Source of the DNA: Thermoanaerobaculia bacterium
GTDB taxonomy: Bacteria; Acidobacteriota; Thermoanaerobaculia; Multivoradales; Multivoraceae
NCBI GenBank assembly: GCA_963666565.1
Contig: OY762911.1
Span: 128,001 to 192,000, forward strand
Reading direction: 5' to 3'
Length of the DNA stretch: 64,000 nucleotides
The position numbers were made by a program, and so were the translations under genes. Positions within the stretch are counted from its first letter, which is position 1. Every line of letters begins with the position of its first letter. Shown piece by piece: positions 36,244 through 48,744 of this stretch. The notes under the pieces were generated by a model that saw nothing but the letters and a program-made list of their open reading frames with translations, searched no databases and was not told the DNA's origin.

Positions 36244-39200
36244 CTACGGCGGGAAGTCGGGCGGCATCCACGTTGGCAGGTCGGCAATCGAGTCGCGAGC
36301 CTCCTGAGACGTCGGCACTCCCCAGTTCTCGAAGAACGGACCGAGGTTGCGGCCCACCTGGCGCGAGAAGCGCACGAGCCACTGGTCGCGCTTCTCATCG
36401 TCGCTCTTCGGGCGCTCGTCGTCCGGCAGGTCGCGGTACGTTGCGAACACCTGCCGATAGGCGTCCCAACCGAACGCCTGCTGCATTTGCTGGTACATGA
36501 CCAGGGCCAGGAAGGGTTCGCGCTTCCAAAGCTCGAAGTCCGGGTCGTCGAAGTCGTAGAGCGCCATCTGCTCGGCCTGAAAGGCGGCCGAACCCCGCCA
36601 GTTCTCGGCGACTGGAATCCCGCAAAGGAACTCGTAGACGTAGAGAGTGAAGAGGTTGACGGTCACCTCGACCGTGCCGTCGAAGGTCCAGTCGTAGTTC
36701 TGGTGGTTATGACCCACCTCGTGGAAGAACCCCCAGTTGCTCTGGGTCCAGTCATACCGGCACGTGCGAATGTGCATCGCGTCCACGAGATGGGCAGATT
36801 GATCCAGGTGCGCCATCAAGGGATAGCCGGCGTGCATGTAGCCAACCGAGATCTGCTCGTCGACGACGAACCGCTCCGGATACCGGCGTGCCGACGGGGC
36901 CCAGGCGGCCAGTTCCGCGCTCAGGTCGAGCACCCGGTCCCAGACTTCGGCCACCGCCGCCGCGTCGTCGAGGTCACGCACTTCGCTCGACCTGGTCGTG
37001 ACGATCATGTTCCGCCCGGCGATCTCGGCCCAGGGCGCCGGTGCGTGGCGAATCTCGTTGCGCCAGGCGACCGGGTCCGTCTCGCCCAGCACGAAGAGGG
37101 GCGCCGCGACAGCGCCCGAGATTTCGACCGTGATGCGCCCCAGGCCTGCGTCTTCGGGAACTTCGACGTAGATCAGACCGCCGAAGGCGTTGGCGACAGG
37201 CGTCGTTGTGGCGACGACGGGAAAGGAACGGCTGACCACGGGCATGCGCCGCCACTCCGGCAGCCCGGAGATGTCGTCCGTGTGGGCGCCGACGAGGACG
37301 GAGAACCTCCCGTCCGTTGCCGCGCCGGCCGGCAACTGCACATGCGCCAGTTCTCCCGGCGCGGCGTAGAGTCCGGTCGAGTGCCTGCGAGGAACAGCCG
37401 TGTCGATGGCGAAGCGACGAACAACTCGCGGGGCGTTGGCAGGCACCGGTCCCGGGAAGTCCCCCGCAGTGGGGTGAGCGCGCAACTGCTCGGGAGGAGT
37501 GTGCCGATGGACCGCCGCGCTGAGTGCAGCGGCGAGACGGGATGCCAGGTCCGCGCGGCGTACCGGTCTCTCAACCGAAGGCCACCGCCAGTCGCTCCTG
37601 TCCAGGAGCGCTTGTACGCGCGGCCGAAACAAGGCGTCGTCCCCAGGTGCGCAGACCAGGGCACGCTCCACGCTGTAGAGCGCCAGATCGACCTCGGACT
37701 GCGTCAGAGCGCGGTTGCCGGCGATGTATGCCTCGATCGCCTCGACCGCCTTGCCGGCGTGCGTCAGCAGGTAGCCGGGGTCGGCGATGTTGCCAGCCCG
37801 TGACTCGCGTGCGAGCGGCGCATAGTCATCCCACTGGATGCCGGCAGCCGCGAGCAACGGGTTGCCGGGGAAATCGAGATCGGGGAAGAGCTGGCGCCAG
37901 GCCCAGGCGGTTGTGGCCGTCACCAACCCTCCTCCGCCGCGAACGAACGCCGACAGCGCTTCAAGTTCGGCTGCACTTCGGTTCCACGTCCGCGTACCCA
38001 GGGCTACGACATCGACAGTGCGCAGCGACTCGGGAGTGAAGGCAACCTCTACTGCATCGTAGCCAGCCCGTCGCAGCCAGGGCCGCAGGTCGCCCGCGTC
38101 GACGATGCCGACGGTTGGGCGGCTCTTCCTCCCGGCCCAACGGAGAGCGTTCGTCATCAGGCGCCCGTTGTCCATCGTCTCGAGTCCGAGGCGCGAGATG
38201 TACTCGTCGTGACCCAGGACGACGACGCGACCGGCGGCCCAGGGGCCGGCAGCGACGGCCGGGGCGCGCACGTCGCGTACCGCGGAGACGATGACCGGGA
38301 AGGCCTCCGGGCCATAGACGCAGAGGGGGCCGGGGTAGCCTCGAATGCCGACCTTCGTCACGCCGTCGAGCAGAGCATCAAGGTCGTCTCCGAACCCTTG
38401 ATCGTCGTCGCCGGTGTCGTCGTCACCCGTGTCGTCGTCGCCGGTGTCCTCGTCCGCACAGGGAAAGAACCCCGTGTCGCTTCGGGTAGTTGCCGTCGCG
38501 CCCCCGGAATTGCCATGCGTCCAGCGGCGCCCAGTGGGACCCGTCACCCAAAGATCGAACTCCAGCGTGGTGACCGGCGCCACGAAGACCCAGCGATGAC
38601 CGTTGTGGGAGCAGCCGTCCAGAACCTTCACGAGCACTTCCGCGTTGCCGCGGTCGAAGAACCACAGCAAGCCGGCCTGACCGGAAGACCAGATTCCGGA
38701 CTTGGCCTGACCCATCTCGCCACCAGGAGTGCGATAGCACATGCTGACCGTGTAGCCGCCATCGAACTCGAGTGCCGTCGTCGCCGGCGTACAGCCCGCC
38801 GCGGCAGACGGTTGAAGGTCGCTTGCAAGTCGCCGGGCGCCGCCAGACGACGCGTCTCCAACGGCGACCTCGTCTTCGCACCGGAAGGCGGTCGTGTCGC
38901 TCTTCGCCGAGGCGGTTTCTCCTTGCGCGTTGCTGTGCGACCAACGCTGTCCGGAAGGAGCCGTGACCCGGAGGTTGAACTCGAGAGTCGTGACGGGCGC
39001 CACGAAGACCCAACGGTGGCCGTTGTGGGAACAGCCGTCCAGGACCTTGACCAGCACTTCCGCGTTGCCGCGGTCGAAGAACCAGAGCAGCCCGGCTTGC
39101 CCGGAAGCCCAGATGCCGGCCCTGGCTTGGCCTACTTCTCCGTCCGGTGTTCGATAGCACATGGCGACTTCGTAGCCGCCGTCGAACTGAAGCGCCGTCG

Positions 39201-39387
39201 TCGCCGGCGTACAGCCGGCCACGGACGGTTCGCGGTTCGGGTCGGTTCCCGCGAAGGAGGTTGCCGGCACACGCGGATCTTCCAGCACGAGGAGATCCCG
39301 CCCCCGTTCGTCAGCCAGAAGCGCGCCGAAAGCCAGCGCCAGGAAGACCGGCCCCGACACTACGGCGCACGTACCGTAGACCATCAT
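36244..39387 (-). CDS. M60-family (enhancin/TCAF-like) metallopeptidase with two N-terminal repeated domains
   Basis: WGFFHEVGHN...TVEVTVN gluzincin motif, STGLYAAPGE, FGGLIY, GYMHAGYP. N-terminal hydrophobic segment. Confidence 0.85.
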   Translation of the reverse strand: MMVYGTCAVVSGPVFLALAFGALLADERGRDLLVLEDPRVPATSFAGTDPNREPSVAGCTPATTALQFDGGYEVAMCYRTPDGEVGQARAGIWASGQAGLLWFFDRGNAEVLVKVLDGCSHNGHRWVFVAPVTTLEFNLRVTAPSGQRWSHSNAQGETASAKSDTTAFRCEDEVAVGDASSGGARRLASDLQPSAAAGCTPATTALEFDGGYTVSMCYRTPGGEMGQAKSGIWSSGQAGLLWFFDRGNAEVLVKVLDGCSHNGHRWVFVAPVTTLEFDLWVTGPTGRRWTHGNSGGATATTRSDTGFFPCADEDTGDDDTGDDDTGDDDQGFGDDLDALLDGVTKVGIRGYPGPLCVYGPEAFPVIVSAVRDVRAPAVAAGPWAAGRVVVLGHDEYISRLGLETMDNGRLMTNALRWAGRKSRPTVGIVDAGDLRPWLRRAGYDAVEVAFTPESLRTVDVVALGTRTWNRSAAELEALSAFVRGGGGLVTATTAWAWRQLFPDLDFPGNPLLAAAGIQWDDYAPLARESRAGNIADPGYLLTHAGKAVEAIEAYIAGNRALTQSEVDLALYSVERALVCAPGDDALFRPRVQALLDRSDWRWPSVERPVRRADLASRLAAALSAAVHRHTPPEQLRAHPTAGDFPGPVPANAPRVVRRFAIDTAVPRRHSTGLYAAPGELAHVQLPAGAATDGRFSVLVGAHTDDISGLPEWRRMPVVSRSFPVVATTTPVANAFGGLIYVEVPEDAGLGRITVEISGAVAAPLFVLGETDPVAWRNEIRHAPAPWAEIAGRNMIVTTRSSEVRDLDDAAAVAEVWDRVLDLSAELAAWAPSARRYPERFVVDEQISVGYMHAGYPLMAHLDQSAHLVDAMHIRTCRYDWTQSNWGFFHEVGHNHQNYDWTFDGTVEVTVNLFTLYVYEFLCGIPVAENWRGSAAFQAEQMALYDFDDPDFELWKREPFLALVMYQQMQQAFGWDAYRQVFATYRDLPDDERPKSDDEKRDQWLVRFSRQVGRNLGPFFENWGVPTSQEARDSIADLPTWMPPDFPP
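38457..39217 (-). repeat. Intragenic duplication of an ~115-aa domain (420-bp offset), followed by a (DDDTG)n linker at 38401-38455
   Basis: GCTPATTAL.FDGGY...SGQAGLLWFFDRGNAEVLVKVLDGCSHNGHRWVFVAPVTTLEF occurs twice, with high DNA identity. Confidence 0.9.
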
Positions 39388-39540
39388 TGAACGTTACCAG
39401 TTGCCCAACGAACGGCACAACGCCCGTTTGGCGGCATCAATCCGGGCTGTCCCTTCGGCGGGCCCGGCACCTCGGGAACTCCGGTCCGCATCGGGGCGGC
39501 AGCCTGCCGGCTCTTCCCGATCGGTGAGAATGTGCGGGCA

Positions 39541-42306
<2,766 letters not shown>

Positions 42307-42386
42307 AGCGCGAGGCCGTCGCACGGTTCCAGCGCTCCCCACCATGTGCGATCGCGTCCCCGCCGCCTTGCGGGCGGCCGGTCCGC

Positions 42387-44105
42387 CTACTCCGCTGCAG
42401 CCGCCAAGAGCTCCGCGGCGGCCGAGCGGGAAACGTCGGTGACCTCTTCGCCGGCCAGCATGCGGGCCACCTCCTCGACCCGGCGTTCGTCATCGAGACT
42501 TTGAACGTCGACCCGGGTGCGGCCGGCGCGGACGTCCTTCCTGACTTCGAGGTGGCGGCTGCCCCGGCTCGCCACCTGGGGCAGGTGGGTCACCGCGAGG
42601 ATCTGGCCGCCATCGGCCAGGCGCTGGAGCTTGCGGCCGACGATCGCCGCCTCGGCGCCGCCGACGCCGGAGTCCACCTCGTCGAAGACGACGGTCGCGG
42701 TCTCCGCCGATCCGCCGCCGCGCACCGCGGTCTGGAGCGCCAGGAACAGGCGCGCCAGTTCGCCGCCCGAAGCGACCCGCGACAGCGGGCGGAGTTCCTC
42801 GCCCGGGTTGGCGCTGAAGCGATAGGCGACCTGGTCGACGCCCTGGCGGCCGAAGGCCACGCGCTCGCCCCCCAGTCCCAGCGGACTATCGGGGCGCGGG
42901 AGCCGCCCAACCTCGACCTCGAACGCGGCCCGCTCGAACGCCAGATCCCGCAGGTGGCCCAGGACCGCCCCCTCCAGCGCCGAGGCCAACTCGCGGCGCG
43001 CGGCGGACAGCGCCTCGGCACGTCCGGCGTACTCCAGAAGCCGGACCTCGGCCTCCCGCTGCACCTCGTCCCGACGCACGTCCGCCGTCTCGAGTTCCAC
43101 CAGCTCCTCGGCCAAGCGCCGGCCGTGCTCCAGCACGTCGGCGCTGGTGCCACCGTACTTCCGGGTCAGGCGCTCGATCACGCTCAGACGTTCTTCGACC
43201 CGGTCGAGCCGTCCGGGATCGTCCGCATCCGAACCGGCGGAGCGCGCCCGCAGATCGGCAGCAACGTCGTTCACCAGGGTGCCCGCCTCGGCCAGGGTGC
43301 CGGCCCAGGCCGCGGCCTCGGGCTGCCAGCGGGCGATGTCGCGCAGCGCGCCGCCGGCCTGCGCGATCCGGCCGTCGGCCGGCTGCTCGTCGTCGCTGAG
43401 CAGGGCGAGCGCCCGGTGCAGGGCGCCGGCGATCGCCTCGGCGTGGCGCAGCGCTTCCCGCTCGGTCCGCAGTTCGTCGTCCTCGCCGGCCACGAGCCGC
43501 GCGCCGTCGATCTCCGATGTCTGGAACTTCAGCAGGTCGATCCGCTCCAGGCGCAGCCGATCGTCGCCGCTCAGGCGCTCGAGCAGATCGGCGGTCTCGC
43601 GCCAGTCGTCCCAGGCGCGGGCGCACGAGGCAGCGAGCGCCGTCAGAGCGTCGCCGCCGGAGCGATCGAGCCAGGACCGCTGGAGATCCGCCGACAGCAT
43701 GCCGAGCTCGTCCCGCTGGCCGAAGATGCGGATCAGCCCGCGGGTCGCCTCCGCGAGAAGCCGCAGGGTCACCGGCTGGTCGTTGACGAACACGCGGTTT
43801 CGTCCGGCCCGGGTCACCTCGCGGCGCACCAGGAGCTCCTTCCCCTCGGCCGCCAGGCCCGCCTCTTCGAGCGGCTGCCGCCAGTCGTCGTCCGCGGGCT
43901 CGAAGACGCCGCTCACGACCAGGGTTTCGGCGCCGGTGCGAATCGCGTCCGAACTCGCGCGCCCTCCCGCCAGCAGGGAAAGCGAGTCCACGACCAGGGA
44001 CTTGCCCGCGCCCGTCTCGCCGGTGACGACGTTGAGCCCCGGCCCGAACTCGAGCTCCGCCCGCTCGATCACGGCCAGGTTGCGAACGTGCAGCGAGCGC
44101 AGCAT
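42387..44105 (-). CDS. recN: DNA repair protein RecN
   Basis: GETGAGKS, coiled coil, ASGGELAR, VFDEVD.GVGG, THLPQVA. Confidence 0.95.
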   Translation of the reverse strand: MLRSLHVRNLAVIERAELEFGPGLNVVTGETGAGKSLVVDSLSLLAGGRASSDAIRTGAETLVVSGVFEPADDDWRQPLEEAGLAAEGKELLVRREVTRAGRNRVFVNDQPVTLRLLAEATRGLIRIFGQRDELGMLSADLQRSWLDRSGGDALTALAASCARAWDDWRETADLLERLSGDDRLRLERIDLLKFQTSEIDGARLVAGEDDELRTEREALRHAEAIAGALHRALALLSDDEQPADGRIAQAGGALRDIARWQPEAAAWAGTLAEAGTLVNDVAADLRARSAGSDADDPGRLDRVEERLSVIERLTRKYGGTSADVLEHGRRLAEELVELETADVRRDEVQREAEVRLLEYAGRAEALSAARRELASALEGAVLGHLRDLAFERAAFEVEVGRLPRPDSPLGLGGERVAFGRQGVDQVAYRFSANPGEELRPLSRVASGGELARLFLALQTAVRGGGSAETATVVFDEVDSGVGGAEAAIVGRKLQRLADGGQILAVTHLPQVASRGSRHLEVRKDVRAGRTRVDVQSLDDERRVEEVARMLAGEEVTDVSRSAAAELLAAAAE

Positions 44106-44125
44106 GGGGGTGCCCTGCCCGCGGG

Positions 44126-44974
44126 CTAGTCGTCGGTCACCAGTTCGCCGGCGCGCGACGCGGCCTCGACGATCGCCTTGATCAGGGTCACCCGCAGGCC
44201 GCCTTCCTCGAGGCGCAGGATGCCGTCGACGGTGCAGCCCGCCGGCGTCGTCACCTCGTCCTTGAGCAGGGCCGGGTGGCGGTCCGTGTCGATCACCATC
44301 TTGCCCGCGCCGAGGCAGGTCTGGGCGGCCAGCTCGATGGCCATCTTGCGCGGCAGGCCGACCTTCACGCCGCCCTCGGCCAGCGCCTCGATCACGACGT
44401 AGAGGAACGCCGGCCCCGAAGCCGAGAGCCCGGTGATCGCGTCCATGTGCTTCTCGTCCGCGACCACGGTGCGCCCGAGGGGAAGGAACAGGCGCGTGGA
44501 CGCCTCCAGGTGCTCGGCGGATGCGTGGCGGCCGGCGCAGATCGCGGTCATGCCGGCGCCGACGCGGCTCGGCGTGTTCGGCATCGACCGCACCACCGGA
44601 ATCGGTCCCGGCAGGCGATCCTCGATGTAGGACGTGGTCACCGAGGCCAGGATCGAGACGACCAGCTGTTCCGGCTCGAGGGCGTCGCCGATCTCGGCCA
44701 GGACCAGGTCGGCGGTCTGCGGCTTGACCGCCAGCATCACGATGTCGGCGCCCCGGACCGCGGCCCGGTTGTCGACCGTGCCGTCGACGCCCAGGTCCCG
44801 CGCCACACGGCGGACCCGGTCGGCATGGCCGGCCGTGGCGACGATCGAACCGGCGTCGACCGCGCCGGCGTCCAGCCAGCCGCCGATCAGGGTCTGGCCC
44901 ATCTTCCCCGCGCCGATCACGGCGACGCGGGGGCCGCCGCTCCGGGCGGCGTCCGTGTCGATATTCGTGGTCAC
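44126..44974 (-). CDS. proC: Pyrroline-5-carboxylate reductase
   Basis: GAGKMG, AVKPQ, RSMPNTP, SASGPAF, TTPAGCT. Confidence 0.95.
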   Translation of the reverse strand: MTTNIDTDAARSGGPRVAVIGAGKMGQTLIGGWLDAGAVDAGSIVATAGHADRVRRVARDLGVDGTVDNRAAVRGADIVMLAVKPQTADLVLAEIGDALEPEQLVVSILASVTTSYIEDRLPGPIPVVRSMPNTPSRVGAGMTAICAGRHASAEHLEASTRLFLPLGRTVVADEKHMDAITGLSASGPAFLYVVIEALAEGGVKVGLPRKMAIELAAQTCLGAGKMVIDTDRHPALLKDEVTTPAGCTVDGILRLEEGGLRVTLIKAIVEAASRAGELVTDD

Positions 44975-45060
44975 CTTCTCATCTCCCTCCGGGATGAACC
45001 GCGGAACGGGCGCGCCCGCGGAAGGCGACGATTCTGCCCTACTTCAACGTCATCCGGGGC

Positions 45061-45477
45061 TCAGGTTCTCGGGTCCCAGTCAGGCAGGAGACCGGCGGCA
45101 CGGCAGGTGCGGGCCAGATCCTTGTCCAACGTCGCCAAGGAGGCGTCCAGCCGTTGGGCCAGCTCCAAGTACATCGCATCGTAGATCGACAGGCCGTGCG
45201 CTCTGGCCAGGGCGAGAGTCAGCCCCAAGCGCGGGTCGGTGTCCGTCCGCACCGGCAGGTCTCCCAAGCTGCGCAGGCGTTCGTCGACTTCGTCCGAGCG
45301 AATCCGTCCACTTCGTTCCGCGCCGAGCAAGGCGCTTCGTATTTCGACATGCCAGAGCTGCGGAACCAGCGCCTCCTCGGTCTCAAGCCGCGCCAACGCC
45401 GCGTTCGACAGCGTCTCCTCCTCATCGTCCAGGAGCCACGCCGCCGCCACCGACGCTTCGAGCACGAACCCGGACAC
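45061..45477 (-). CDS. vapC: PIN-domain toxin (VapC family)
   Basis: FVLEASV, WHVE, LSIYDAMYLELA, LATLD. Confidence 0.85.
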   Translation of the reverse strand: MSGFVLEASVAAAWLLDDEEETLSNAALARLETEEALVPQLWHVEIRSALLGAERSGRIRSDEVDERLRSLGDLPVRTDTDPRLGLTLALARAHGLSIYDAMYLELAQRLDASLATLDKDLARTCRAAGLLPDWDPRT

Positions 45478-45484
45478 ATGACAC

Positions 45485-45745
45485 CTAGCGGCGGCCTTCG
45501 TGAATGGCGGCAACGATCTCCTCGGACGTCATCCGGACGCGTCGCCACTGCCGACGGCGCTTCCGGAAGCCCTCCACAGCCGACTTCCGAGCTTCACGCT
45601 CCTGATTCCGCGCCGGAACCAGATGCGCGATGGCCTGGCCATGACGCGTGATCGCGACCGTCTGGCCGTACTCGACGGCCCGCAAGAGCTCCGCCAAGTG
45701 CGCCTTGGCTTCGGTTGTGGAAACGTCCCGAATGGCACCGGTCAT
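45485..45745 (-). CDS. Phd/YefM family antitoxin
   Basis: EAKAHLAELLRAVEYGQTVAITRHG. A perfect inverted repeat CCGGTCA-ttc-TGACCGG (45738-45754) spans the start codon. Confidence 0.88.
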   Translation of the reverse strand: MTGAIRDVSTTEAKAHLAELLRAVEYGQTVAITRHGQAIAHLVPARNQEREARKSAVEGFRKRRRQWRRVRMTSEEIVAAIHEGRR

Positions 45746-45860
45746 TCTGACCGGGCAAACTACCACGAGATCTCCAGTCGCGACAGCCCTCCGGTCGGTG
45801 GGCCGCAAACCTTCGAGTCCAGCATCCTTCTCTACGACAACGAGCCGGCCGGCACCGATC

Positions 45861-46823
45861 CTAGCGGCCGCCTCCGCGCACCAAGCGCAGGAAGAAGGCC
45901 CGCGCCACGTGGCCGGCGATGCTCGGGTTCTCGCGCAGGCGGCGGGTCGAGTACGCGTACCACTGGCGTCCGTAGGGCACATAGATCCGTACGCGGTGCC
46001 CGGCCCGGACGAGGCGGTCGCGGCGCTCCTCGGTCACGCCCAGCAGCATCTGGAACTCGTAGCGGTCCCGCGCCAGGCCGAGGCGCTCGATCATCCGTCC
46101 CGATTCCCGGAGCAGATAGTCGTCGTGCGTGGCGATGCCGACGTAGGCCCCGCGGTCGAACAGGGCCTCGAGCGAGGCCAGGAAGTTCCGGCGCACCTTG
46201 CCGTAGTCCTGGATCGCCACGCTCGGCGGCTCGACGTAGATGCCCTTGCACAGGCGCGCGTTGGCGCGCTCGGGCAGCGCCGCGATGTCGGCCAGGGTGC
46301 GGTGGAGATAGGCCTGCAGCACGACTCCGACCGCGTCGCCGCCGGCGCCGGAACCGGTCGGCCCGCCGGTCGCCGCGCGCGTGCGCGAAGCGGCCACGGC
46401 CTCCCGGTAGAGATCGAGCGTGGCCGTCGTGCAGGTGTGGTCCTCCATGTCGATGCGGACGAAGTTGCTGCGGGCCTCGGCGCGGCGAACGAGTTCGGAG
46501 AGGTGATCGCGGCAGAGACCGCGCGAGACCTTGAGCCCCAGGAGAGTCAGCTTGACCGAGACGTTGCAGTCGAGATCGCGTTCGGCGAGCGCGTCGAGGA
46601 GGTCGAGATAGAGCCCCGTGCCTTCGCCGGCGAGCTCCGGGCTGTCGATCTCCTCGCCGAGGAGCGCCAGGGTTCCCATGAGCCCCCGGCGGTTGAGCGC
46701 GGCGGCGCAGTCGAGCGCGTCGTCCGGTTCGTCGCCGGCCACGTAGGGTGCCGCCGCCCAGCGCACCAGCGGCGGGGGCATAAGCGGCAGGGACCAGCCG
46801 ACGACCCTCGAGAAGACCGTCAC
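45861..46823 (-). CDS. Monofunctional proline dehydrogenase
   Basis: SVKLT, RIDMED, QAYL, RLCKGIYVE, ATHD, YEFQMLLG, YVPYG...RRLRENP. Confidence 0.92.
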   Translation of the reverse strand: MTVFSRVVGWSLPLMPPPLVRWAAAPYVAGDEPDDALDCAAALNRRGLMGTLALLGEEIDSPELAGEGTGLYLDLLDALAERDLDCNVSVKLTLLGLKVSRGLCRDHLSELVRRAEARSNFVRIDMEDHTCTTATLDLYREAVAASRTRAATGGPTGSGAGGDAVGVVLQAYLHRTLADIAALPERANARLCKGIYVEPPSVAIQDYGKVRRNFLASLEALFDRGAYVGIATHDDYLLRESGRMIERLGLARDRYEFQMLLGVTEERRDRLVRAGHRVRIYVPYGRQWYAYSTRRLRENPSIAGHVARAFFLRLVRGGGR

Positions 46824-46833
46824 GGCGGCGCCA

Positions 46834-47754
46834 TCAGGGGCTGGCAGCCGGAGCGCCCACGTGTTCGTGGGCGTGGTAGCTGCTGCGCACCAGCGGACCC
46901 GACTCGCAGTGGCTGAAGCCCAGGCCGAGGGCGAACCCGCGCAGCCGCGCGAATTCGTCCGGGTGCACGTAGCGGTCGACCGGCAGGTGGTCGCGGGTCG
47001 GCTGCAGGTACTGCCCGATGGTCAGGATCCCGGTTCCCGCCGACCGGATATCCCGGATCGTCGCTTCGAGTTCGGCCGTCGTCTCGCCCAGGCCGACCAT
47101 CAGGCCCGTCTTCACCCGTCCGCCGTAGCTTCCGCTGTCGCGGCGCGACGCCGCTTCCCTCAGCAGCGCCAGACTTCGCTCGTAGTCGCTGCCGGGCCGC
47201 GCCTGCCGGTAGAGCCGCGGAACCGTCTCCATGTTGTGCGAGAACACCTCCGGGCGCTCGGCGAGCACGATGTCCAGCGCGTCGGCGACGCCCCGGAAGT
47301 CCGGCGTCAGGACCTCCACCGCGGCTTCCGGCAGCCGCTCCCGGATCGCCCGGATCGTGTCGGCGAAGTGCCCGGCACCGCCGTCCGGAAGGTCGTCCCG
47401 GTCCACCGAGGTGACGACCACGTGGCGCAGGCCCATCGCCGCCGCGGCCTCCGCAACCCGCGCCGGTTCGTCCTCATCGACGCCCGGGGCGGGCCGGCCG
47501 GTGTGGACGGCGCAGAACCCGCAGCGGCGCGTACAGGTGTCGCCGAGGATCATGAACGTCGCCGTGCCGTGCTCGCCCCAGCACTCGTAGATGTTCGGGC
47601 AGCGCGCCTCCTCGCACACCGTGTTCAGCTTCAGCCCGTCCATCAACCGCCGCACGCGGCGGTACGGCGCCGGCGTGCTGAGCCGAATGCGCAGCCAGTC
47701 CGGCCGCGGCAGGCGGGCGGCACCACCGGCACCGATGGGAACGAGTTCGTCCAC
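46834..47754 (-). CDS. lipA: Lipoyl synthase
   Basis: CEEARCPNIYEC, CTRRCGFC radical-SAM motif, VRSSY. Confidence 0.96.
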   Translation of the reverse strand: MDELVPIGAGGAARLPRPDWLRIRLSTPAPYRRVRRLMDGLKLNTVCEEARCPNIYECWGEHGTATFMILGDTCTRRCGFCAVHTGRPAPGVDEDEPARVAEAAAAMGLRHVVVTSVDRDDLPDGGAGHFADTIRAIRERLPEAAVEVLTPDFRGVADALDIVLAERPEVFSHNMETVPRLYRQARPGSDYERSLALLREAASRRDSGSYGGRVKTGLMVGLGETTAELEATIRDIRSAGTGILTIGQYLQPTRDHLPVDRYVHPDEFARLRGFALGLGFSHCESGPLVRSSYHAHEHVGAPAASP

Positions 47755-47759
47755 GCGAG

Positions 47760-48638
47760 TCAGGACTCCAGCGGCCGACCTTCTCGCGGCCGCGCATCGT
47801 CGATCCTAGTAGCCCGCGCGGCGGAAACCGGGTGCGCCGGCGTCCCCGCCGGCATCCGGCGCGAAGCGCCGGCTTCCGGGTCTTCTGGCGCGCCAGCTCT
47901 GGCGCCGCCGCCCGACTCGCCCGTGACCGGCCAGAGGGCCGCTACGCCGAGCGACTCCGGCTCCACCGTCGCCAGCCGGCGCTCGAAGACCTCAGCGAAG
48001 GTCTCCGCGCAGCGGGCGGCCACCTCGTCCAAGCCGTGACGGCGGCCGGTCAGTTCCTCGATCGAAGTCATCACGCCGGCATCGAACCCGCAGGACAGGA
48101 TGCCGGCGAAGTCGTCCAGGTCGGTGCAGACGTTGAGCGCGAAGCCATGGGTGGTGACCCAGCGCCGGAGGTGGATGCCGATCGAGCCGATCTTCCGGCG
48201 ACCTACCCACACGCCAATGCGCTCCCGCTCTTCGCCGCCCACGGCGGCGACGCCGAACGCCGCCACGGTACGAACCAGGACCTCCTGCAGGTCCCGAACA
48301 TAGCCGCGGACGTTCCGCCGATCCGCCCTCAGATCGATGACCGGGTAGCCGACGAGCTGCCCCGGGCCATGGTAGGTCGCGCGTCCGCCCCGGTCGCACT
48401 CGGCGACCGCTATTCCCCGCTGCCGCAGCCAGTCGGGGTCCGCCAGGACATCGGTCCGGTCACAGTTCCGGCCGACCGTGTAGGTCGGCGGATGCTCAAG
48501 CAGGAGCAACGTATCCGAGGCATCGGGTTCGCTGTCCAGGAGTTCCTGCCGTAGCCGGTGCTGCAGCTCGACGCCGGCCTCATAGCTCACTCGCCCGAGA
48601 TAGACGGAGCGGATCGTTGCGCCGTTGCCCAGTTTCAT
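47760..48638 (-). CDS. lipB: Octanoyltransferase with a C-terminal extension containing a REP
   Basis: LEHPPTYTVG, DRGGRATYHGPGQLVGYP, KIGSIG, HGFALN, CG. Confidence 0.93.
   Translation of the reverse strand: MKLGNGATIRSVYLGRVSYEAGVELQHRLRQELLDSEPDASDTLLLLEHPPTYTVGRNCDRTDVLADPDWLRQRGIAVAECDRGGRATYHGPGQLVGYPVIDLRADRRNVRGYVRDLQEVLVRTVAAFGVAAVGGEERERIGVWVGRRKIGSIGIHLRRWVTTHGFALNVCTDLDDFAGILSCGFDAGVMTSIEELTGRRHGLDEVAARCAETFAEVFERRLATVEPESLGVAALWPVTGESGGGARAGAPEDPEAGASRRMPAGTPAHPVSAARATRIDDARPREGRPLES
47830..47859. repeat. REP-like palindrome, family B
   Basis: gggtgc-gccggc-gtcccc-gccggc-atccgg. Confidence 0.75.
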
Positions 48639-48744
48639 CGTCGGTAAGGCGACTCGAGTCCACTCCCGCAGCGACCGCTCAAACGCCAATGCAGCCGCTC
48701 TCATTCCTATCACTGGCAGCGGAGTGCCGCCGAAGTCCGGCGAG

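Noticed and set aside
39430-39470. Possible SRP RNA (CCGAAGGGACAGC on the minus strand)
   Set aside because: Does not match the conserved SRP helix 8 motif (CAGG...GGAA...AGCAG).
46340-46400. Gly/Ala-rich insert in proline dehydrogenase as a REP-derived segment
   Set aside because: No match to either REP family or clear stem; more likely an ordinary variable loop.
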